Below the pieces are notes generated by a model, which saw only the letters and a program-made list of their open reading frames with translations, did not search any database and was not told the DNA's origin. A stretch of DNA of 64,000 nucleotides from a virus (taxonomy: Duplodnaviria; Caudoviricetes). This document shows positions 47,800 to 56,931 of this stretch, in pieces (position 1 is the first letter of the stretch; each line of letters begins with the position of its first letter). The stretch covers positions 277 through 64,276 of IMG/VR virus record IMGVR_UViG_3300028563_000022, one strand, 5' to 3'. Made by a program: the position numbers and the translations under genes.

Positions 47800-48003
47800 T
47801 TATTTCCTCCCATCGGGGGTGAGCAGCGCGATCAGCCCCACGAGGATCAGAAGCAGGATTACCAACCCCAATCCACCCCAGAAAGGCAGCGTAATCCACC
47901 ACCAGGACCAATCAATCACGTTGCACAGCTTAAGACCTACGAAGGCCACGCCGAGCAGGCTGAGTGTGCTGATCCCGGATTTGGTTTGGTTATTCTCTGC
48001 CAT
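47800..48003 (-). CDS. Small membrane protein
   Basis: F..LKL..VIDWSWWW...P.W motif. Confidence 0.75.
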   Translation of the reverse strand: MAENNQTKSGISTLSLLGVAFVGLKLCNVIDWSWWWITLPFWGGLGLVILLLILVGLIALLTPDGRK

Positions 48004-48005
48004 GG

Positions 48006-48845
48006 CTACTGCACCCCACCTTCACGAGCGATGTCATGGACCACAGCGATCCATAAACAAGGGTCCATCACCGGCAGCGTGACCTTGGCGATCTGCTCCG
48101 GGGTCATGCCGGGCTGAATTCCACGCAAACGGATCAACTCCATGGCGCGGTCCTTGGTCAACACCCCATTGTTGACGCAGGAGGCCAGGTATGCGCGGGC
48201 CACCTCGATCTTGGGGGGCTTGTTCTCAGTGACGTTCTTGATGAGCTCCTCCGCATCATTCAAAGTGAGGGGCTTGCCGGTGGCCTGGGCCCGGATGAAA
48301 GCGGAAAGGGCTACAGTGATGCTGCATTGGTCCGGCTGCGTGATGACTTCTTCGGCCGGCGGGGTGGTGGCTGCGCTGTGCGCGGGGCCTTCTTCCTCTG
48401 TAGGCAACTCGGGAGTTCCCGCGACGGGATTCGCAGCAGCGGCCAGTTCCAGAGCCTTCTCACACTGGCGAGTGGACCACTTGTCTGAGTTGGCCTTGAG
48501 CTGGGCCTCGATGTCACCCATATCCAGGCCGGAGGCTTCGACAGCAGCGATGGCCTTGTTCCGCAGCGCGGTCATCTCCTCTTTGGTGGGCCGGTTGCGC
48601 TTGGCATCTTCCGAGGTGGTGGCCTGGAGTTCAGGGCCGGATTCGCCAACGATCTTGACCTCGGCCACGCTGGAGCTGACAAGTTCCTGGGCATCGGGGT
48701 CAGAGTTGTGTGTGAGTGCTTCACTGAAGTTCATGATTGTGCGATCCTGGATTTCAGCGGTCTTCTCCAGCGCACCAGCAATGCGCTCCAGGGCGTCCAC
48801 CCCGCGAACGAAGCTGTTCACGAGCAAATCAATTTGTCCTAGCAT
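48006..48845 (-). CDS. Hypothetical protein
   Basis: AGGAGA RBS; ALERIA.ALE N-terminus; typical position upstream of DUF2800. Confidence 0.7.
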   Translation of the reverse strand: MLGQIDLLVNSFVRGVDALERIAGALEKTAEIQDRTIMNFSEALTHNSDPDAQELVSSSVAEVKIVGESGPELQATTSEDAKRNRPTKEEMTALRNKAIAAVEASGLDMGDIEAQLKANSDKWSTRQCEKALELAAAANPVAGTPELPTEEEGPAHSAATTPPAEEVITQPDQCSITVALSAFIRAQATGKPLTLNDAEELIKNVTENKPPKIEVARAYLASCVNNGVLTKDRAMELIRLRGIQPGMTPEQIAKVTLPVMDPCLWIAVVHDIAREGGVQ

Positions 48846-48885
48846 TTCGTGTCTCCTGTTGTTTCGTTAAACAAGACTTTTATGT

Positions 48886-49125
48886 TTACTGAGGCCGGCA
48901 GCGGTTTCGAACATGATTGACCAGAAGCCCTGACCGGATAACCCGGTATGTCGTCCGGCGCTTCAGACTGCGGCGCCCGAAGCCAAAGCCCGCAGCTTGG
49001 GCCTTATTGTACCCATGCGCACGGAGGAACCCATTGATGAAGTCCTTTTTCCGCTGGCTGGCAAGCCCTCGGTGTTCAGCTTCACGTTCTGCATACGTCA
49101 TTTTGCTTTTCTTCTGTTTGGCCAC
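48886..49125 (-). CDS. Small basic protein
   Basis: GAGG RBS + GTG; Arg/Lys-rich. Confidence 0.5.
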   Translation of the reverse strand: MAKQKKSKMTYAEREAEHRGLASQRKKDFINGFLRAHGYNKAQAAGFGFGRRSLKRRTTYRVIRSGLLVNHVRNRCRPQ

Positions 49126-49130
49126 GGTTA

Positions 49131-49388
49131 TTACCTCTTTGGGGCCATGGTATCGAAGCCAGGTGTGTGGCTATTATCAAGCGCCACTCGTTCCTGGTAT
49201 ACTTGCACCATGCGTTGCTCATCAAACCAATTTGAATCACGCAGGGCACCGTCCGCACCGCATTCTGGGGCAATCAGAAGTTGATTGCAGCCGGAAATGT
49301 ACTGGACAAACCCCGTGGCAATCCCAGTAAAGCCGGTAATTTTGTCCCGGAACTTGTACCCGAGCTTCTCTGCTCCCTTCGTTTCCAT
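49131..49388 (-). CDS. Conserved small phage protein
   Basis: LG...RDKITGF.G..TG...Y..GC.Q..I.P...WFDE.R motif. Confidence 0.7.
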   Translation of the reverse strand: METKGAEKLGYKFRDKITGFTGIATGFVQYISGCNQLLIAPECGADGALRDSNWFDEQRMVQVYQERVALDNSHTPGFDTMAPKR

Positions 49389-49656
49389 GATTCTTTTCTC
49401 CGTGTTATAATTTTCTATTCCTGGACCCATTCAACAATGGATGACCGCCTCGTCTCGTCAAGTCCTTTCCAATTCTGGAGCACCATGCCCCGGATGCGGG
49501 CCATACACGGGTCACACGCCGCCGGGTCGGGCACAATGCAGAAGGGGTTCCTACCATTCGACGGCCGCAAGGGTGGGGCAATCGGGGATTCCATGGATGG
49601 CTCCGTGATTTATTGGTTTAATGAATATGGTTAAACACGACAAATGGTCAAGGGGT

Positions 49657-50283
49657 TTAGCACACCACAGCGCGGGCAGCATGGAAAGGCTTGGGGTTCT
49701 TGGCCTTCGTGACCGTGGCCTTCAATTTCTGAACCTGCTCCTTCAGCTCCCTGTTCTCCTCCTCCAGAAGCAGCCGCACCTCGTGTTCCTTCTGGTACAT
49801 CGCCTGCCAGTCGTTGACCTGCTTCGTGATGGGCGCGGTCGCCTTGGCGAAGCGGGTCAGAACAGAGTCAAGGATGGCCGCGGGCACGGGGGACTTGCGC
49901 TTGTCTTGGGCGGACTGGATGGCCGCAAACACCTTGGGCATCTTCTCTTCCCCACAGCGACGGAGCGCCCGGACCACGAAGCCGCTACCGAACTGCTCTG
50001 ACTCCTCGGGGAAGAGAAAGAAGGCCTGGCGCAGGCTATTGTAGAAGGCGAAGGTCAGGTTGAAGCGATCCTTCAGATACGTCGAGAAATCAGAGCCCCT
50101 ATGGCCCGGGCTCTCCTTGAAACGAGAGGTGCGCTCCAGATAGAAGAGGGCACTGATGAACTGGCGCTGTGCGCTGTTCGCGGCCAAGCGGCCAGCTTCC
50201 ACCGCGGTTTCAATTGATTGGATGTCCGAGTCATTGTAAAGAGACTTTAACTCTGTGAGGCTCATTGTCTTCTTGGTATCCAT
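49657..50283 (-). CDS. TIGR-array-adjacent helical/coiled-coil protein of unknown function
   Basis: Starts about 28 nt after the last array unit, co-oriented, GGAG RBS; F..YL..RF helical motif and C-terminal coiled coil. Confidence 0.75.
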   Translation of the reverse strand: MDTKKTMSLTELKSLYNDSDIQSIETAVEAGRLAANSAQRQFISALFYLERTSRFKESPGHRGSDFSTYLKDRFNLTFAFYNSLRQAFFLFPEESEQFGSGFVVRALRRCGEEKMPKVFAAIQSAQDKRKSPVPAAILDSVLTRFAKATAPITKQVNDWQAMYQKEHEVRLLLEEENRELKEQVQKLKATVTKAKNPKPFHAARAVVC

Positions 50284-50311
50284 TTTCTTGCTCCGGTTTG
50301 TTAAAGGGTTT

Positions 50312-50968
50312 TTAGACGCAGGGGCTTTTTGGGTTTAACAGGTTGATTGACTCGCAGTTCGGTTCTAGATTTAAAACGCCAATTTACTCGCAGGGGCACA
50401 CTAGGTTTAACCACAAACCTGACTCGCAACTCCACGCTAGGTTTTACAGCTACCTTTACTCGCAATTTTTGATTAGGTTTAACGCCATGAATTACTCGAA
50501 TGCCTGAAATAAGTTTTAAGGAATGCCTTACTCGCAGTCCCAAAATAAGTTTTACAGTTTGCCTTACTCGCATTCCCAAAATAAGTTTTACGGTTTGCCT
50601 TACTCGCAGTCCCGCTCTAGGTTTAAGGTGTTCAATTACTCGCAAGGTAAGGATAGGCTTAATATCCCGTTTTACTCGCAGTTATCCCGTAGGTTTAATG
50701 CATTGCGTTACTCGCATTTTATACATAGGCTTAAATCCAGCTCTTACTCGCAGCACCCGATTAGGTTTTAAAGGCTTATTTACTCGCACAGAGTTGGTAG
50801 ATTTAATTCCACTCTTTACTCGCAATTTTTGATTAGGTTTAAATTCACCAATTACTCGCATATATCCTTTAGGTTTCAATTACGCAGTTACTCGCACGAC
50901 CACACTAGGTTTAACACCTCGATTTACTCGCACGCACAGATTAGGTTTTATGTCTGTGCTTACTCAAA
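50312..50968 (-). ncRNA. TIGR-like array 1: 18 units of 36 nt (9-nt edge repeat, 9-nt spacer, 9-nt loop repeat, 9-nt spacer)
   Basis: + strand TTACTCGCA every 36 nt from 50312 to 50960, with TAGGTTTAA 18 nt after each; intervening 9-mers variable. Confidence 0.93.
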
Positions 50969-50973
50969 AGTTC

Positions 50974-51831
50974 CTACGCCGCTTTTTCAGCAACGCCTTC
51001 AAAGTACGGGGGCTTGATGTAGTGGTCTTCGCTGTGCCCCATGATCGTGAAGGCGTAGGGCAGCGACACCGGCTTTCCATCGAGTGTCCGTGCCACGGTC
51101 CACATGTGTGCCAAGAACAGGCGCCCGGCCTCATTTCTGGCCATGTTCATGCGGTGCATCTTCGTGGCGTCCGGGTGGGTCTTCAACCGCTTCACAATCC
51201 GGGCGTCATAGAAGTCCCGATACAGGCACTTCTCCGGAGACAGCTTCATGAAGGATGTCCCAATAAGGTAGGCCAAGGTACGGCCGGCGGTAGACCAGTC
51301 GCATACCACTCCAGCTTTACGCTTAGGCTTCCGGCCCTCAGCATCGCAGTGGACGCCCATGAACTTCCACCAGGAGGAGATGCAGGGGAAGTCACGTTCG
51401 ACGACCTTGTACTTCGTGTTGCCCTCACCTTTGGAACTCTTCTGGCAGGTCTCGCACCAGAAGGTGCCTTCCTGCTTTATCAACCCCGTGCCACACTCAC
51501 ACACCGGCACGAACTTGTAGTAGTACATGACAATGAGCTTGGCCCCAAAGGAAGGTCCGATGCCGGGGACCTGCTTCAGCCATTGGGTCCACAAGGGCCA
51601 ATGGATCAGCTCCTTTTCCATGCGCCGGACGAGGGCCCCTTTGACAGCCTCAAGACCCTTCGTGCCATTCTCGCCTCCGAGCAAGAAGTCATTCTTGGGG
51701 TTTACCTCGGGGTTCATCTGGAGAAGGCGTTGCTTGGTCCCGGTGATGAGGTCTGTGATGCCATCGTAAGTGCGCACCATGAACTTCAAGTAATTGATCG
51801 CTTCGATGTTTTCCTGGCTTGTTGGTTTCAT
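50974..51831 (-). CDS. tasA: TasA-like Nop-domain RNA-guided protein (IS110 C-terminal-like, no RuvC/HNH)
   Basis: WLKQVPGIGP...AKLI, S.WWKFMG...KPKRKAG...W, YR.FYD...K, H..NMA....RLFLAHMW...R...G.PV..PY; flanked by 36-nt dual-spacer arrays. Confidence 0.85.
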   Translation of the reverse strand: MKPTSQENIEAINYLKFMVRTYDGITDLITGTKQRLLQMNPEVNPKNDFLLGGENGTKGLEAVKGALVRRMEKELIHWPLWTQWLKQVPGIGPSFGAKLIVMYYYKFVPVCECGTGLIKQEGTFWCETCQKSSKGEGNTKYKVVERDFPCISSWWKFMGVHCDAEGRKPKRKAGVVCDWSTAGRTLAYLIGTSFMKLSPEKCLYRDFYDARIVKRLKTHPDATKMHRMNMARNEAGRLFLAHMWTVARTLDGKPVSLPYAFTIMGHSEDHYIKPPYFEGVAEKAA

Positions 51832-51858
51832 GTTCTGATCCTTTTAATTAGAGGGTTG

Positions 51859-52047
51859 GGGTTCGCACTCTGGGCTTCGGTTTAAAATAGGCAATCGCTC
51901 GCATCGGCTTTATGGGTTTCAGTTATCCGTTTACTCGCAACCCCGTTCTAGATTTAAAGTGTTTTTTTACTCGTACTGGCATCTTAGATTTAAAGGTTAT
52001 CATTACTCGCATTGCTTGCTTGGGTTTGACAAAGCGCCTCACTCTGT
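51859..52047 (-). ncRNA. TIGR-like array 2: 5 units of 36 nt upstream of tas gene
   Basis: Edge repeats at 51859, 51895, 51931, 51967, 52003, (52039); loop repeats incl. TGGGTTTCA (= TGAAACCCA on - strand) at 51913. Confidence 0.88.
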
Positions 52048-52095
52048 TCTTACTTTAAGTTTAACCCCGCCGGCACACCCGCCGCTCACGACCCT

Positions 52096-52125
52096 TAAAT
52101 ATTGTTAAACAAGACTTTCTGTCAA
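52096..52125 (-). promoter_or_regulatory. Putative sigma70 promoter of the TIGR-Tas operon with GTCTTGTTTAAC motif in the spacer
   Basis: - strand TTGACA-GAAAGTCTTGTTTAACAA-TATTTA about 50 nt upstream of array 2; -10 box imperfect. Confidence 0.55.
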
Positions 52126-52247
52126 GCTAATTTCTATAACCAAAGCTACTTTTCTTAAAACAGGGCGCGACATTTTAATAATATCGTTGAATAACGGGTA
52201 TTTATATAACCAAACTTTACAAACCAGGTGATACCACAGCCCGCGTA

Positions 52248-53354
52248 TCATTTTACTAGCCCAAACCTCTTGAGTCTGCCTTGGAGCGCCGGGTAGCTGA
52301 TACCCAAGGCTTCTGCTGTGCGCATCCGGTTCCCCTTGTTGGCTTCTAGGGCTTCAACCAAGAGTGAACGCTTGGCCTCCCACAACTTGGCCTTGGCCAA
52401 GCGTTTTGCTTCCAGAGCCTCGACCGCAGCCGAACGCCTAGCCAAGCGTTCGGCCAAGCGTTTGTGTTTTGCTTCCAGAGCCTCGACCGCAGCCGAACGC
52501 CTAGCCAAGCGTTCGGCCAAGCGTTTGTGTTTTGCTTCCAGAGCCTCGACCGCAGCCGAACGCCTAGCCAAGCGTTTGTGTTTTGCTTCCAGAGCCTCGA
52601 CCTTGGCTAAGCGCATTGCCTCCTGAGCCTGAGCCTCAGCCAAGCGTTTGGCCTCAGTCACCCTGGAATCCGTGGGGGACACGCGCCACCCGGTTGAGGG
52701 GGGCTCAATAAACACCCCACGAATCATGGAATTGTCAGACACTTTACAGGTTTCCACCCGAGACAGGGTTCCTTCTGGGGTAAGAACCAGAGCATAATGG
52801 GTGCCAGAAATAGCCGCAGCGGATGTCTCCAGATTCACCAGGAAGACCCCCCAATCGTTGGTTATCATGGCGAGCTTGGCCATTGGGCCCCAGGAACTCT
52901 GGTACTGCTCACGGGGCAACCAGATATCCTGGGTGTAACTCTCTTCAGTGATGACTTGTCCGTCCTGAGAAACCCCGGCCACCATCTTCTTAATGTAGAT
53001 GAAGCGCATGATCTTTTCCACGGCTTCCTGGCCACCAAGCAGGTCATAACCACGCTGCCGGAACTCCTCTATGGAACACGCGCCAATCTTCATTGCTGCG
53101 CGCTCCATGACATCCTGCCGGGCGGTATATACCCCATCAAAGAGCTGGTAGACATGAGAGCGGGACACACCGAGGTTGGTGGCCATGTCAGGAGCTTTCA
53201 GTCCTTTCTCCATGGCGACAAAAGAGAGCTGCGCGAGCCACGCGACATAGGCCGGGTCTTTGATCCGCGGATTCTCCTCAATAACCTTCAAAAACGCTTC
53301 GTACCACTCCGAGTGGAGCTGGTCCGGCGTCCGTCCTTTTCTCTTGATCTTCAT
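52248..53354 (-). CDS. Repressor-like regulator: XRE-type HTH, repeat coiled coil, C-terminal Fis-type HTH
   Basis: DMATNLGVSRSHVYQLFDG; LVEALEANKGNRMRTAEALGISYPAL..RLKRFG; divergent from cro-like gene; GAGGAG RBS. Confidence 0.7.
   Translation of the reverse strand: MKIKRKGRTPDQLHSEWYEAFLKVIEENPRIKDPAYVAWLAQLSFVAMEKGLKAPDMATNLGVSRSHVYQLFDGVYTARQDVMERAAMKIGACSIEEFRQRGYDLLGGQEAVEKIMRFIYIKKMVAGVSQDGQVITEESYTQDIWLPREQYQSSWGPMAKLAMITNDWGVFLVNLETSAAAISGTHYALVLTPEGTLSRVETCKVSDNSMIRGVFIEPPSTGWRVSPTDSRVTEAKRLAEAQAQEAMRLAKVEALEAKHKRLARRSAAVEALEAKHKRLAERLARRSAAVEALEAKHKRLAERLARRSAAVEALEAKRLAKAKLWEAKRSLLVEALEANKGNRMRTAEALGISYPALQGRLKRFGLVK
52400..52605. repeat. In-frame tandem repeat (63, 63, 51 bp periods) encoding EALEAKHKRLAERLARRSAAV
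   Basis: GCTTCCAGAGCCTCGACC recurs at 52408, 52471, 52534, 52585. Confidence 0.92.
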
Positions 53355-53523
53355 GGCTTGTCTCCTCGGGAAATTAAAGTTGACACTCGCATGTGTTCGG
53401 CCCCTCATTATCATTATTTTTGCTCCTGTCAAACAAAAAGTTTCTTTTTAGGAGACAAAATTTGTGTTGTTTCGCAATAATTTTTAGTGACAACGATCTT
53501 GACTGGGGGTAGGTATCCTCCTC

Positions 53524-53745
53524 ATGAACAAGAAGAAATTGTCCGCGCGGCAGAAAGCCGCCAGGGTGGGGCTGTCCTACGCGCAATACTGCGCCATAAT
53601 TTCTCACCGGGGGCGACCCTCGTATGAGTCAGCCCGGAAGGTCGCGTTGGTCGAGGGGGTGCATGTCCTGCATCTGCTGGACCCTATACGGTATGATGAG
53701 GCTGGGAAGCCGCTGAAGATCGTGAAAAACTTGGAAGCTGAGTAG
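53524..53745 (+). CDS. Cro-like HTH protein
   Basis: AARVGLSYAQYCAII..RGRPS...A.K.A; divergent from repressor-like gene. Confidence 0.75.
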   Translation: MNKKKLSARQKAARVGLSYAQYCAIISHRGRPSYESARKVALVEGVHVLHLLDPIRYDEAGKPLKIVKNLEAE

Positions 53746-53789
53746 CTTATATGTCTGGTAATACGAAACAAATATGGGTCAGGTAGATC

Positions 53790-56042
53790 ATGGGCCCAGA
53801 ACAAACGAACAAGCTGCTCAAGGAAGCAATTAAATACGCGGCTAGGGGATGGCCCATATTCCCTTGTCACCGACTGGATGAAGAACCCGAGGCCTTCCAG
53901 CAGCGGTTGACCCAGACGGCAGAGGCCAAGAGAAAGGAGCTAAAACCCTATAAGGCAAAAAGCCCCTATGTCCTCGGTGGTTGCTACGCTGCCACATCAG
54001 ACCAGCAGCAAGTTACCGCATGGTGGACCCGCTGGCCTGATGCGATGATAGGACTGGCCACAGGGCCTCGATCTGGTGTCTGGGTTCTGGACATTGACTT
54101 GCCGGATGGCATGGCCTCTTTGGCAGCGTTGGAAGAATCAAATTCACCACTTCCTGACACCGTGGAACAGCGAACCGGGAGTGGTGGCCGGCAACTCTTC
54201 TTCACCTGGCCAACAGATGGGCGATACATCGGCACCAGCGTGGCTACCCTTGGCAAAAACCTAGATGTCCGGGGGAATGGTGGCTATGTCATCATCCCAC
54301 CGAGTCCACACCCATGCGGTGATGAATACACCTGGGTAAAAACACCAAAGCGAGGCACGAAGTTTTCAGCGGCCCCTGACTGGCTGGTTGATCTATCTAA
54401 AAAGACACCGCCAAAAGCGAAGGAAGACAAGACCGAGGCGGTCATAGACCTAGACCAAGATTGGAATATTATGGACTCGGTGGCTTATCTTCAGGAGACA
54501 GCACCGCCTTCCATTGAAGGCTACGGGGGCAACGACAATGCCTTCAAAGTAGCTGCGGTACTGAGAGACAAAGGCGTCTCGGAGCTCACGGGGCTGGAAC
54601 TCATGCTCAGGGTTTGGAATGACCGCTGTGAACCACCATGGGAAGCCGAGGAGCTGGGTGTTATTGTCAATAACGCCTATCACTACGCCCACCACTGCGC
54701 CCCGGGAGGTATGACAGCCGAAGCAGCGTTTGCCCCTTGCTGGACTCCTCCTGAAGAAGCCGTCCTCCCAACCACTCCAGAAGACGTGCGGCCCGGCTGG
54801 ATCACATATGATGAGTTTGAGGCCCGCATGGAAGCGAGTAAAGGCCGCGGGCCACTGGCTCATTCCGTCGCGGACATCGACCCCGAAGGCATACCCAACC
54901 GGGACTGGATCATGAAGGGCCGGTTTATCCCGCAGTTCGTGACCGTCACGGTGGCGCCGGGCGGCGGGTCGAAGTCCACCTTATCCACGCTTGAGGCAAT
55001 CGCGGTGGCCACGGGCAAGAACCTCACCGGGATGGAGGTTATCAAGTCCGGCGGTGTCTGGTTATACAATGCAGAAGACCCGACTGATGAGCTCGAACGC
55101 AAGTTCGTGGCGGCCTGCATCCATCATGGGCTGGACCCGCGGACTTTGGGGAATTTGTTCTACCGCTCCGGCCAGGACGAGAAGGCCCTGGTATTCGTCA
55201 AGAATGACCCCACTCATGGGCTCATGGTCCACCAGGCTGTCGTGGATGCCATGATTAAGTACATCCGTGACCATGGGATCGTCCTGCTGATCCTGGACCC
55301 ATTTGTCAGGACTCACCGGGTCAACGAGAATGACAACATGCAAATCGACTCGGTGGTGGCGGTGCTCAGCCGGATCGCCAACGTCACCCACTGCGCCATC
55401 CACATAGTCCACCATACCCGGAAGCGGGGCAATGAAGGTGGTCAGGGGGACATGGATACCGCGCGTGGTGCGTCCTCAAATGTCTCGGCCGCACGTGTTG
55501 TCCACACACTGAACACCATGACCGAGAAGGAAGCCAAGGAGTATGGCATCCCGCAGGACCAGGCCAGCTTCTATGTCCGCATGGATGATGCCAAGGCAAA
55601 CTTCATAGCCCCCACTCGCGGGACTGTCTGGTTCAAGCGCGCGGGTATCAAGCTGGCCGGGGGAACAGACGACATCGGCGTCCTCCGGCACGTCGAACTC
55701 GGGAAGATTGAGAAGGTCACGGAAGACCTAACCCAGGGCGCGGATGAGCTTATGCGGGCAATAGCGGGCTTTGTGGCACCTGGCACATCCAAATCGCTGA
55801 ATGCTGTTGTAGAGTTCATCCTGGCTGAAGGTTCGGCGCTGCCTTTTCTCGGGGCCAAGACCCCCTCGCGCCCGACACTGATGCGACGACTTGAGGAGTG
55901 GTACTTGCGTGAGCCGGTAGTCATCGACGGGGTGGTCCTATCCTTCTCGTCGGAGACAGCAGGAGCGTACAATCGGCGCACAATTGCCTGTGAATTAGGA
56001 ACACGGAAGCCGGAAAAGGCACAAACAGAAGTTGTAAGTTAG
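53790..56042 (+). CDS. Bifunctional primase-polymerase with AAA (RepA-like) helicase domain
   Basis: GWPIFPC, IGLATG..SG.WVLDID, RTGSGG.QLFF, DVRG.GGYV..PPS; APGGGSKST Walker A, LILDP, VHHTRK. Confidence 0.92.
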   Translation: MGPEQTNKLLKEAIKYAARGWPIFPCHRLDEEPEAFQQRLTQTAEAKRKELKPYKAKSPYVLGGCYAATSDQQQVTAWWTRWPDAMIGLATGPRSGVWVLDIDLPDGMASLAALEESNSPLPDTVEQRTGSGGRQLFFTWPTDGRYIGTSVATLGKNLDVRGNGGYVIIPPSPHPCGDEYTWVKTPKRGTKFSAAPDWLVDLSKKTPPKAKEDKTEAVIDLDQDWNIMDSVAYLQETAPPSIEGYGGNDNAFKVAAVLRDKGVSELTGLELMLRVWNDRCEPPWEAEELGVIVNNAYHYAHHCAPGGMTAEAAFAPCWTPPEEAVLPTTPEDVRPGWITYDEFEARMEASKGRGPLAHSVADIDPEGIPNRDWIMKGRFIPQFVTVTVAPGGGSKSTLSTLEAIAVATGKNLTGMEVIKSGGVWLYNAEDPTDELERKFVAACIHHGLDPRTLGNLFYRSGQDEKALVFVKNDPTHGLMVHQAVVDAMIKYIRDHGIVLLILDPFVRTHRVNENDNMQIDSVVAVLSRIANVTHCAIHIVHHTRKRGNEGGQGDMDTARGASSNVSAARVVHTLNTMTEKEAKEYGIPQDQASFYVRMDDAKANFIAPTRGTVWFKRAGIKLAGGTDDIGVLRHVELGKIEKVTEDLTQGADELMRAIAGFVAPGTSKSLNAVVEFILAEGSALPFLGAKTPSRPTLMRRLEEWYLREPVVIDGVVLSFSSETAGAYNRRTIACELGTRKPEKAQTEVVS

Positions 56043-56069
56043 AAACGTACAAAGGGAATATTCAATGAT

Positions 56070-56230
56070 TTCAGCCGTGTTCAAATGTTCAAAATGCTCC
56101 CGGGCGTTTGAACATTTATTTGTCAATTATTTCAGCCGTGTTCAAAAACTCGAAAAATGTACGTCGCATACGTACACATTTTTTGAGAAAAGTTAATAAA
56201 TTCAGCCGTGTTCAAATGTTCAAATGTTCA
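56070..56230 (+). repeat. Iteron-like direct repeats downstream of primase (putative origin)
   Basis: TTCAGCCGTGTTCAAA at 56070, 56131, 56201 (fourth copy at 57190) in AT-rich non-coding DNA. Confidence 0.7.
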
Positions 56231-56463
56231 CCCCGTAGGGGTACGGGTCTTAACCGCTTCGCTGGACCACTGCCCCCCGGGAGCTTACGCATCCCCGAGT
56301 GTGAACATGGCTAAGCAAACTCTATGCCAACCGAGCCGGAAGAATACCGGCCTCGAAAGGGAGGATATAAAAACTAGGGGTTACCCTACCTTGAATCGAA
56401 GGGATTTTATATCAGGTAAAGGATAAAAGTTAAGTTCCATACACGGAAAAGGAGCAGCGTAAC

Positions 56464-56931
56464 ATGATTACAGTGGTAGTACCAGGAACACCGATTGCAA
56501 AGAAACGCCCCCGGTTTGCCGTTCGCGGCGGCAAAGGCCACGTCTACTCGGACCAGGAAACCGAGGAAGGCAAGTTGTTATGGGAACTCAGGCAGCAGTT
56601 CAAAGGCGAGCCGCTGGAAGGCGCGCTCCAGGTCCAGATCACTTTTTACTTCGTTCCGCTGAAAGGGGATAAGGCGAAAGTCCGGGCCGCGAAGCTGAAC
56701 GGTGAGGAAGGCCACACGAAAAAACCCGATGTGGACAACCTGATAAAATTTTACTTTGACGTGATGAATGGGCTCATCTGGGTGGATGACAGCCAGGTCG
56801 TGGCCGTCTTCGGCGAAAAACGTTTCGCCGAACAGGCCAGGACGGAGATCATCATCAAGCGCATGGGAGAGTGTGATTTGGAAGCTACCCAGACTGCCGA
56901 GGCCGAACTCGCCTGTGCGAGTGATTTTTAG
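56464..56931 (+). CDS. rusA: RusA-family Holliday junction resolvase
   Basis: PG.PI.K.RPR, KKPDVDNL.K...D.MNG..W.DDSQV. Confidence 0.92.
   Translation: MITVVVPGTPIAKKRPRFAVRGGKGHVYSDQETEEGKLLWELRQQFKGEPLEGALQVQITFYFVPLKGDKAKVRAAKLNGEEGHTKKPDVDNLIKFYFDVMNGLIWVDDSQVVAVFGEKRFAEQARTEIIIKRMGECDLEATQTAEAELACASDF

Noticed and set aside
50301-50879. ORFs 50301-50645, 50682-50879 (-) and 50500-50832, 50523-50771 (+) with 12-aa periodicity
   Set aside because: By-products of the 36-nt period; no frame stays open across the whole array and no RBS is evident
50312-50968. CRISPR array
   Set aside because: Repeats are two alternating 9-mers with 9-nt spacers rather than a 23-47-nt repeat with about 30-nt spacers; no cas operon present
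50974-51831. IS110 transposase / insertion sequence
   Set aside because: Lacks the N-terminal DEDD RuvC-like domain; the flanks are guide-like arrays rather than IS ends
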